From the NCBI GenBank assembly GCA_963808625.1, contig CAWEHK010000035.1:1-64000 (forward strand): a DNA stretch of 64,000 bases. Reading direction: 5' to 3'. The notes below the pieces were generated by a model that saw only the letters and a list, made by a program, of their open reading frames with translations, was not told where the DNA came from and made no database searches. The stretch comes from an uncultured delta proteobacterium (GTDB lineage Bacteria > Desulfobacterota > Syntrophobacteria > Syntrophobacterales > Syntrophobacteraceae). The translations under genes and the position numbers were made by a program. Positions 43,468-52,480 of the stretch are shown piece after piece; positions within the stretch are counted from its first letter, which is position 1, and each line of letters opens with the position of its first letter.

Positions 43468-43698
43468 TTACTTCCCTTCGGTCCTCTGTTTGATGATCTT
43501 TTCCTTGGATTCGTTGTATTCTTTTTCCGAGATGATGCCCTGGTCGTAGGCGTCCTTGAGAGCTTTCAGCTCATCCCCCAGGGTGGTCGTGGTCGTGGTG
43601 CTCTCGTTTTTGACCGTCGAGCCGCCGCCGCAGCAGCCTCCAAGGCTGACCGTGAGGATGATCATCATCCCAAGCAAACAGGCTTTTAGAACTTTCAT
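43468..43698 (-). CDS. SHOCT-domain lipoprotein
   Basis: Lipobox-like LGGC; 'LGDELKALKDAYDQGIISEKEY'. Confidence 0.75.
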   Translation of the reverse strand: MKVLKACLLGMMIILTVSLGGCCGGGSTVKNESTTTTTTLGDELKALKDAYDQGIISEKEYNESKEKIIKQRTEGK

Positions 43699-44177
43699 CG
43701 GTTACTCCTCCTGTTAATTTCGTGGCGAACAGTCTATACAGGTAAGGGCCGCTGTTGGCAACGCCAAAGGTGGGTGGGTGTCTTTTCCCGGGTTTTCAGA
43801 CAGCTTCTTGGTCCAGCGCCACAGAATAAAGTGTCCATAAACCCGGCGCGTAACCGGTGAAAACCTGAATCCATGAACCATGTGCGTCATTCCGGTGGAA
43901 ACCGGAATCCAGGAAAACTGCTTGGATACCGGCTTTCGCCGGTATGACGATCTGAATCCGGTCACTATCCAGTTTAGGTTTGAATGCTTCGTTTCGTAGG
44001 AGCGGCATCCTGCCGCGATTGGCTCACCGTCGCGGCAGGATGCCGCTACAGAGAAACAGAGATTCATCAGCATGGAAAGATCTCAACCTTAACAAGTATA
44101 ATTAGAGTTGGGCCTGGAACCGGTCATTGACTGAGATAGGACCTAGTTGAGATGGACCTGTGTATTGGGACCTGTAC

Positions 44178-45262
44178 TCAGGAGTACAAGCCGGAGATCG
44201 GCCCTAAATTCTTGCGCCTGCGGATGGCTTCGAGCACACCGACGGTGCCGGTCATCATGTTGTCACCCCAGGGGGCACCCATCACCAGGGGCAGGCGCGA
44301 CTTTTGCGCCATGTCCCCGTTTCGGGCCGGTCGCCAGGATCAGCTCTACCGAAGCCAACCCCAGCGCCCTGCGCAGATACGCCCCGTGCCCCCCTTCTTC
44401 AAGAATCCGGCGATGTTCGAGCTTGCCCTCGGCCAGTTCCTCGACCAGGGCGTCCAACCGCTCGCAGGTGATGTCCCGTGTGTGGTACTCGAAAAAGCCC
44501 GCGAGCTCCCCCTTCTCGAGCGCCGCACCAACGGTGTGCGAAGTGGCGACATCCAGGACGATAATCCGTTCCTTGAGGCTCGCCTGAGAATCCATCGAGG
44601 CCCCGAGAATAGCCGCCATGCCGCTGTCCATGACGAAGACTTCGCGGGTGGGGAGCCTTTCCGCGCTCTCGAAAAGCGACCTCAGCCGATTGAAAGTCTT
44701 TGGGAGATCGTCTTTGCCATACAACAGCGCATGAGGATAAGGGTTGTCATCGAGCCGCTCTTTAAGAAAGGAATGACGGTAATCGAGGTGCGATACGCCC
44801 GGCGGCGGCATGCCATGATCCTGCACACAGACGCCGACGATGTCGAATTCGAACGGGACGCCCAGGGCTTCTACGATTTGCTGCAGCCGGTCTCTTTCCA
44901 GGTCGCCGATAACCAGGTTATGGTAGGTGCAATCTGCCCGCAAGGACCTCGGCTTCTTCGTCATCGACAACCACGATCCCCCATGAGCGCACGGTTTCCG
45001 GATTATGGTGAAGGGTGAACGCCGCGGCGCGGGACATGATTACTTCTGCTTTCAAGGCCCGCGCTTTGAGGACCTGGGTGAGGGGCCCTCCCCCCATCTC
45101 GCACCCTGTCACCAGGAGTTTCCCCGGGAGGGTTTCCGCCTTCTCCGCAAGCCCGAGGACCGGGGACCTGGCAACGGCCTTGTAATGCTGCGGCGATTCG
45201 TCGTCGAAATACAGGATATCCATGGTGCCGGCGCCTATGTCCACGATCAAAAATCGGCTCAT
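44178..45262 (-). CDS. DUF1786-family protein (frameshifts)
   Basis: 'LIVDIGAGTMDIL','GCEMGGGP','VQDHG','VMDSGMAA','FFEYHT','GGHGA','GDMMMTGTVG'. Confidence 0.75.
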
Positions 45263-45632
45263 TTGGTCTAACCTTTCTCATTTCGTTTTCAAGAAGGCTG
45301 CCATCTTCTTTCTCACCCCCCCGCAGAGACGCAGGGGGCCGCCGAGGTCCATATAACAAAGGTATCTCTGCGCACTCTGTGGTGGCTACTTATAAAACGA
45401 GATATGTCAGGACAAAGTATAAGCTCATTTATCGTCCTGCTCAAAATCTTTACTGCTTAAAATGTTTGATTGACCGTAGCGAGCGCCACGTTTATATTAG
45501 CAAACGAAAAGTTTCCTTCGGAGTTTCTTTCGGTGCCGCTTATCATTAAGTTTGTTGAGCGGGTAAGCCCACGGAGGATGTTCACCAGCCTTTGTGGGTT
45601 ATTTTTTTCTGTGCAGATCAAGGAGCAAAGGA

Positions 45633-46697
45633 ATGTCAGAAAGTCGAGGATGGTTGTTTTTAGTTTGGTTGCCCTCTTGGTCCTGGTTGCGTTCGGGTCC
45701 TCGGTGGGCTTTGGGGCAGCGAGAAAGATTCCAAGAAGGGGAGCGTCTCAACTTCCGGCAAAAAGGATGCCACAAAGGAGAAATCGGCAGTGGCGGGGAC
45801 CGCGAGCAAGGACAAGGTAGCCATGGTAAATGGGACCGTCATCACCCGTTCGGAATACGATAAGGAACTGGGTCGCTTCGAACGGCAAATGGCCATGAGC
45901 GGGAAGGCCCCGAAACCGACAGACGTGTCGGAAATGAAAGGACGCGTTCTCGACGGTCTGATCGATCGCGAATTGCTCAAGCAGGATAGCAAGAAGCTCG
46001 GCATTGCCGTGGATGATAACGAAGTCAACCAGCAGTTGGCAGCGCTGAAACAGAAGTTTGGAAATCGAGAAGGAGTATACCGATACGCTGGCCAAGATGA
46101 ATCTCACCGAGGCCGAATTGAAGGCGCAATTGCGGCAGGACCTGGCTCATCAAGAAGTTGATCGATCGGCAAATAGGCTCCAAAGTGACGGTTACCCCGG
46201 AGGAAATGAAGGCCTTTTATGACGGTCACCCCGAGTTTTTTAAGGCGCCGGAGAGGGTTCGGGCCAGTCATATCCTGATCAAGGTCGATGCGGCCGGCAG
46301 TGATGCCGATAAGGCAAAGGCCAAGGAGCGGATCACGGCCATTCAGCAGCGGCTCAAAAAGGGAGAGGACTTTGCCGCCGTTGCGAAGGAAACCTCGGAA
46401 TGCCCCAGCGGCGCCAACGGTGGAGACCTGGACTATTTCCAGCGGGGCCAGATGGTTGGACCGTTTGAAGATGCGGCATTCAAGCTGCCGCCCGGAACCG
46501 TGAGTGACATTGTCGAAACTCAGTTCGGTTACCATTTGATCAAGGTCACCGACAAGAAGGACGCCTCCACCGTCGCCTACGACGAGATCAAGGGCAAAAT
46601 CGAAGATTACCTGAAACAGCAGAAGGTCAACGAGCAATTGGGCCAGTATGTCGCTCAGTTGAAGAAGGGCGCCAAGATCGAAACATTTTTGAATTAA
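45633..46697 (+). CDS. PpiC/PrsA/SurA-type peptidyl-prolyl isomerase (frameshifts)
   Basis: 'VAMVNGTVIT','VRASHILIK','GGDLDYF','ETQFGYHLIK'. Confidence 0.88.
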
Positions 46698-46751
46698 GAG
46701 ACCGGCAAGACCTGGCCGGGGCCTAATTCAGGCCCTGTCGATTCAGTTTTT

Positions 46752-46882
46752 TGTGGGGCAGGCTTTCCAGCCTGCCAATCCCATTCTGTGGTGCGGCTTT
46801 TCCCCTGCCCTTTCGGTTTAGTGGTGTTGGCTCTCCAGCCTGCCAATTCGGTCATGGCAGAACGGAAAGCCTGCCCCACAAA
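46752..46882. repeat. REP cluster (GTGGGGCAGGCTTTCCAGCCTGC family)
   Basis: tgtggggcaggctttccagcctgcc...ggaaagcctgccccaca. Confidence 0.8.
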
Positions 46883-47058
46883 ACCGCTCTGCAACCAACT
46901 TCTTATTCTTCTGCAGCCGCCAATCCGGAAGTCGTGCTGGACGCCCGGCCTTTTTCTGATTGCAATCCTTGGTCAGACGGGATAAACCTTTTCCCTGCCG
47001 CTAATCACGTGAAATCCCGAGGTCTTTGCAGGAAAACAACCTAACCGGATGGTTCAGG

Positions 47059-48631
47059 ATGGAAAGGTTTCCCTTCACCGAAGCAGATCGGCAGCAAATG
47101 CACGCGCTCGAGATCAGCGAGGATCAGGTGCGGGCGCAGCTCGCAGTGTTTCGAAAAACCCCGGCATGCATTCGTCTGCAACGTCCCTGCACCCTGGGTG
47201 AGGGCGTGCATCAAATCGCGAAGGCCGACCTCGAAAGCTATCTCGAATGCCACGCCAGGGCCGCGCAGGAGGGGCGCTTCCGCAAGTTTGTGCCGGCCTC
47301 CGGAGCGGCCACTCGCATGTTCCAGTCCCTCCTGCAGATCTACCACCTTCCCCAATACCTCGAGCCCAAAGAGCTTCACCGAAAAGCGAAGTATGGCGTC
47401 GCCGTGGCGTGCGATTTCCTGAAATTCGTGGAGGGCATTCGCCAGTTCCCATTTTGTCAAGATCTCGAGACCGCCCTTGCCAGAGACGGCCTGGACCTCA
47501 GCGACCTGATCCATTCCCACCAGTATCGGACTATTCTGGACTATCTCCTGACCGACCTCGGGCTCAATTATGGCGGCCTCCCCAAAGGCCTGTTGAAGTT
47601 TCACTGCTATCCGAACGGATGCCGCACCGCCTTCGAGGAACACCTCGAAGAAGCGGTGTCCTTACGTTGCGTGCGCAAAGGGGATTTGCCGGATTCATTT
47701 CACGGTCTCTCCCGAACATGAAGAGGGCTTCAGGCGGCTCTTTGAAGAGGTTAGACTTCGCAATGAAAAGCGGCATGGGGGCGCCTTTGAGGTCAGCTTC
47801 TCCCACCAGCACCCGTCCACCAACACCATTGCCGTGGACATGCGCAACCGCCCCTTCCGGGATCGTTTCGGGCGCCTCGTCTTCCGGCCCGGGGGGCATG
47901 GGGCGCTCCTCGAAAATATCAGCGACCTCCAGGGCGACCTCGTTTACATGAAGAACGTTGACAACGTGAGTCAGGGTCGGTTCATGGATGCGATCGGCTT
48001 CTGGAAGCGAGTTCTCGGGGGATGTCTGGTGGCGATCGAAGGTGCGGTGCACGAGCATCTGCGCCGTCTGAAAGCCGGCGTAACGCCGGGTGCGGTCACC
48101 GAGGCCGAGGCCCTGGCGGCGGAAAAACTGCTCGTGCGTTTTCCCAAATCCTATGCCGAATGGCCTCTCGATGACCGGCATGCCTATCTGGAGAAGAAAC
48201 TGGACCGGCCGATTCGCGTCTGCGGCGTCGTCAGGAATGTGGGCGAACCGGGTGGCGCCCCGTTTTGGGTGGAGGACCGTAACGGAGAGCTCTCCCTGCA
48301 GATCGTCGAAAAGGCCCAGGTCGATTTCAACTCCCCGGAACAGCAGGAGATCTGGAACTCATCCACGCATTTCAATCCGGTTGACCTTGTCTGTTCCGTC
48401 AGGAATTATGAGGGCAGGCCCTTTGACCTGGCACACTACGTCGACCACGATGCCGTCTTCATTTCCAGGAAGTCCATGGGAGGGAGAAGCCTCAAGGCCC
48501 TCGAACTTCCCGGTCTGTGGAACGGTGCCATGGCCGAATGGCTCACGGTGGTCGTGGAGGTCCCACGGATTACTTTCAATCCGGTCAAAACCGTTTTCGA
48601 TCTCCTCAAACCCGAACACCAGCCGGAGTAG
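47059..48631 (+). CDS. DUF4301-family protein (frameshifts)
   Basis: 'KFVPASGAATRMF','LPKGLLKFH','FRPGGHGALLEN','GEPGGAPFW','THFNPVDLVC','ELPGLWNGAM'. Confidence 0.85.
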
Positions 48632-48639
48632 CGGAAGGG

Positions 48640-48880
48640 AAGACAGGAGACAGAAGACGGAAGACAGGAGTCAGGAGTCAGGAGTCGGGTAGAAGTAGCA
48701 GACAGCGTAGACAGGGTAGATAAGACAGGATCGATCAGGGGAGACAGGAGTCAGAAGTCAGGAGTCGGAAGCGGGACGGTTGATGGTTGATGGGTGAGTG
48801 GTTGATGGGTTGATGGGGTTGATGGTTGATGGGTTGATGGTTGATAGTTGATGGTTGATGGTTGATGGTTGATGGGTGAT
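48640..48880. repeat. Heptamer tandem repeats (GACAGGA/GTCAGGA, then GGTTGAT)
   Basis: ggttgatggttgatgggtgagtggttgatgggttgat... read directly. Confidence 0.9.
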
Positions 48881-49020
48881 TTTGTTCTGGCGTATGTTGA
48901 TGTTTCTCTTTATAAGGGCTCTCTTTACAGAAACGACACACCTTCGGGCAATCGAGGAGTGGTCAGAAGAATCGTTGCCGGGTTTCCGACAGGGTATTTC
49001 GACGAACATAAGGGAACGAC

Positions 49021-49947
49021 ATGATGCGTGCACAGAACTGGATGGTTGATCTACGGACTCGCAATCTGGCAAGTGTCTACCGGGTCAGGAAGACACTTGT
49101 GTTCACCTCATCGCGCTTCCAGGAAATCCTCATTGTCGAAACCGTAGGTTATGGCAAAGCCCTTTTTCTTGACGGGGTCCCTCAGTCTGCAGAGGCTGAT
49201 GAGTATATCTATCATGAGGCATTTGTTCACCCGGCCATGTTCATTCATGCTGCGCCGAAGAAGGTGTTTGTTGCCGGGGGCGGCCCCGGGGCGATGCTGC
49301 GGGAGATCCTCAAGCATGAAGCCGTCGTGAAAGCAGTTATGGTGGATATCGATGAGGAGATGATCAGCGCGGCCAGGAAATATCTACCGGGCTGGCATCA
49401 GGGGGCCTTCGAAAACCCTCGGGTGACCTTGAAACACGAGGATGCCAGGGCCTTCCTGGCTGATTCCGGGGAAACCTACGATGTCATCTTCATGGACTGT
49501 ACCGACCCCGTCAAGGACAGTCATGCCGCGTTGCTCTTCACCCGCGAGTTCTTCGAACTGGCCCGGTCGCGGCTCGATGCCGGGGGCATTTTCGCCATCC
49601 AGGCGGAACAGACCAGCCCTGGCGAACTGACCGCCCACCTGTCGTTGGTCAAGACCCTCAGGGAAAGCTTCAGGTCGGTCGTTCCCTACCAGGTTTGGGT
49701 CCCCTTTTTCGGGGCGCCGTGGGGATTTGTCATCGCCAGTGACGAACCGCTGGAGCCGCTCCTCAGCCCGGAGTCCCTGGCGCCGCGCTTTCAGGAGAAA
49801 GGAGACCTCGGCTTAAGGTTCTATGACATGGAGTCCCACCGGCACATGTTTGCCCTCCCCAAATACCTCCGCGATGCCATTGCAGACCCGAATCTGGGCG
49901 CGGTCATTCACGATCACAAGCATCTGGTGATCGGGGGCGACGCATGA
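49021..49947 (+). CDS. speE: Polyamine aminopropyltransferase (spermidine synthase)
   Basis: 'SRFQEI','LDGVPQS','YHEAFVHPAM','GGGPGA','VDIDE','DCTDP'. Confidence 0.9.
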   Translation: MMRAQNWMVDLRTRNLASVYRVRKTLVFTSSRFQEILIVETVGYGKALFLDGVPQSAEADEYIYHEAFVHPAMFIHAAPKKVFVAGGGPGAMLREILKHEAVVKAVMVDIDEEMISAARKYLPGWHQGAFENPRVTLKHEDARAFLADSGETYDVIFMDCTDPVKDSHAALLFTREFFELARSRLDAGGIFAIQAEQTSPGELTAHLSLVKTLRESFRSVVPYQVWVPFFGAPWGFVIASDEPLEPLLSPESLAPRFQEKGDLGLRFYDMESHRHMFALPKYLRDAIADPNLGAVIHDHKHLVIGGDA

Positions 49948-50284
49948 CCTTCTCTTTTGGTAGACCTCGCCCAAGACCTCCTCTTATCTGCCCGGGCTAC
50001 GAGAAGACACTCCACCCCGGCCCCATTCTCCAAGTCTCTCGTTCTCAAGCACGTATTCATACCCTGTCATCCCATCTAAAAAGAGCGCGTCGAAGTTCAC
50101 TGCGTGAAGAGCATCATCGCCTCTTTCGCTCGATGTCCTCATTCTGACTTGGGTTAACGGGAGGCGGGTTTTCCAACCGCCAGGCGACATCGGTTCTAGC
50201 GGCAATGTCTTCATCCTGAGCAGAGACCACACAATCCTGATCCTGCCCGGAAAGCAAGTGGGGGATTACCCCATATGCATCAGG

Positions 50285-50447
50285 CTAAGTACAGCACAGC
50301 AGAATAAAGTGTCCATTACCACCCGGTCGTCATTCCCGCATGCTCTTAGCGGGAATCCAGGGAATTTGCACAGCCTGAATTCCCGCCAGAAACACGCGGG
50401 AATGACGAGTGGCATTCGGACACCCATTTATGCGGGGGCGTACTAAG
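50285..50447. mobile_element. MITE-like element, copy B
   Basis: Nearly identical to 30053-30216, again bounded by CTAAG. Confidence 0.8.
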
Positions 50448-50501
50448 GGGTTTACCCGAGGTGGATTTATGCCTGCGACCGCTTGCCAGTCGGATGATGA
50501 A

Positions 50502-50723
50502 TGCCCTGAAAGGGCTTCATAAAAAATAGCCCAGGGTCAGCAAGAGCGCCACCCTGGGGAGGGGAAACCCAATTTCCTTTTCTTTACCCTGAAAGGGTTA
50601 GATAAATCGTTGTACCGCTATGTTTTATGTAACCCATTCAGGGTAGATAGTCGTGTTGTACCTGGCTCCCCAGGGTGGCGCTATCGCTGACCCTGGGCTA
50701 ATTTATCGAGCCCCTTCAGGGCA
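50502..50723. repeat. ~220-bp nested palindrome (REPIN-like)
   Basis: tgccctgaaagggc..tagcccagggtcagc..gcgccaccctgggga / tccccagggtggcgc..gctgaccctgggcta..gccccttcagggca. Confidence 0.85.
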
Positions 50724-50763
50724 GTAAAGTTAGCTTGATGCAATTGGGGATTGCCCCCCACCG

Positions 50764-52200
50764 GTGAAGCGAAGTCCGCCGCGCTCTCCCACGAGCATGC
50801 TCCGGTCCCTTCTCCTCATGACCCATCTCAAAATTCCCAGCATCACCACGTGGGTCAAACAAACGCGCACCGTTCCGCTCTTTGCCGTTCTCGCCGGCTT
50901 TGAACGGGATGACACGCCGGGGATCGGGACCTATTACGATTTCTTCGGGCGCCTCGTTGATGGTCCCTATCAGAAACCCTGTCCCCATCGGGTCAGGGAA
51001 TCTCAGGTCCTCAAGGGACGGCATCAGAGAAACCTCGGAGCGGAGAAAAAGGCCCATCTGGAAAAGCACGACCCCTCGTGCCCCCAGTCGGAAAAGCTTG
51101 CCAATGAACTCCTGGCCGATGCTGACAAGCCGCGACCGCAGGGCCTGCCAAAGTTCCTCGAAGACCTCCTCATCAAGATCGCGATCGTCCCAACCATCCA
51201 GGACGGCCTCGTTGACAATCCACATGAACTCATCGTTTCCGGCGATGGCTCCATCCTCGTCACGGCCGCCTCACCCCGCGGCAAACCCACCTGCGCCTGC
51301 CGCACCCACCAGTGCGACCATGAACGGAGCTACACCTCGCCCACCGCCAAATGGTGCTACGATCACTACCGCGACACTTACTTTTTTGGCGATCGCTATT
51401 ATCACCTGGTGCTCCATCAGAATGGCCACGACCTGCCCCTGCTCACGCTCTTGCCAGGTGGCAACGAGAGCGATTTCACCCTCTCCCTCAAGGCCTTCGA
51501 CCGTTTTCTCAAGGCCGCCCGGGAACACGGCCTCGATCTGAACATTGCCATCTTCTGCGGCGACGGCCACCATGACTCCCACGCCCACTACCGCTATTTC
51601 CTCAAAAAGGACGTCAGTCCCGTGATTCCCCTCGGCGAGAACAGCAAAAAAACCTATCCCCATTTGCTCGATGAACAGGGCGTAAAACTTGACAGCGACG
51701 GCGTACCCCTTTGCCCGCAAGGAATGCGCATGCGCCACCATCAGTATCAGGAAAGCCGCCACACTCATGTCTATGGCTGCCCGGCAAAACGCAATACCCA
51801 TCGCGACGGCAAATCAGTCTATGTCATGCACCTCGAGGATTGCCCGCAACAGAAGGACTGTGCACCCGAAAGCGTTCTCGCCCCTCTGGTCTACATCAAA
51901 TCCGATACCGACCCGCGACTCTATCCCCCCATTCCTCGCGACAGTGAGCGCTTTAAAGAGCTCTACAAAGAGCGCAGCGCCACCGAGCGCTGCAACGCCC
52001 TCAATGACACCTGCAAACTGGATCGATCATGCCGAAACGCCAGCTATGGACTGATTCGCCTGACTCTGGCGAACATCGTCGAACATGCCGTGGTCCGCAA
52101 CCTGGAAGCCGTGAAACGGTCCTCCAGGAAGAAGCTCCTGGCCCAGACCCTGAGCATGATCGGCATCATTTACCGCGAGGAATTCTTCAACAGCGGATAA
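50764..52200 (+). CDS. DDE transposase (IS4/IS1182-like), possibly 5'-truncated
   Basis: 'SGDGS','CGDGHHD','PLCPQG','YKERSATERCN'. Confidence 0.7.
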   Translation: MKRSPPRSPTSMLRSLLLMTHLKIPSITTWVKQTRTVPLFAVLAGFERDDTPGIGTYYDFFGRLVDGPYQKPCPHRVRESQVLKGRHQRNLGAEKKAHLEKHDPSCPQSEKLANELLADADKPRPQGLPKFLEDLLIKIAIVPTIQDGLVDNPHELIVSGDGSILVTAASPRGKPTCACRTHQCDHERSYTSPTAKWCYDHYRDTYFFGDRYYHLVLHQNGHDLPLLTLLPGGNESDFTLSLKAFDRFLKAAREHGLDLNIAIFCGDGHHDSHAHYRYFLKKDVSPVIPLGENSKKTYPHLLDEQGVKLDSDGVPLCPQGMRMRHHQYQESRHTHVYGCPAKRNTHRDGKSVYVMHLEDCPQQKDCAPESVLAPLVYIKSDTDPRLYPPIPRDSERFKELYKERSATERCNALNDTCKLDRSCRNASYGLIRLTLANIVEHAVVRNLEAVKRSSRKKLLAQTLSMIGIIYREEFFNSG

Positions 52201-52480
52201 CGATAGGAGTCAAAATGTAGGATTGCTGCTGCCAAACTGAATCAAAATAACCTTCGCCCGGCCGAAAGCCCCTTTCGGACCGAACACCCGAGCTGTTCCC
52301 CTTGTTTCCGGAATGCCCCGCAACTCGACCCAGGATCACCCGTTTTGACCGACCTCCGACCGTCTATCCCCACCCAATGCCCCCCCAAACCACCGCAAAA
52401 CACCCCCGCCACACCAACACGAACCGCCTTCAACAACCAATGGGCTCTCGGATTTCAATTCCGAGAGTTCTCGAAGAAGG

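Noticed and set aside
48640..48880. Possible CRISPR array in the repeat-rich intergenic stretches
   Set aside because: Units are 7-nt tandem repeats without unique spacers, and no cas genes are in the window.
50246..50267. caagtgggggatt, matching the IS21 right-end motif
   Set aside because: Single ~13-bp match in the same orientation as the right end with no second repeat; may be chance.
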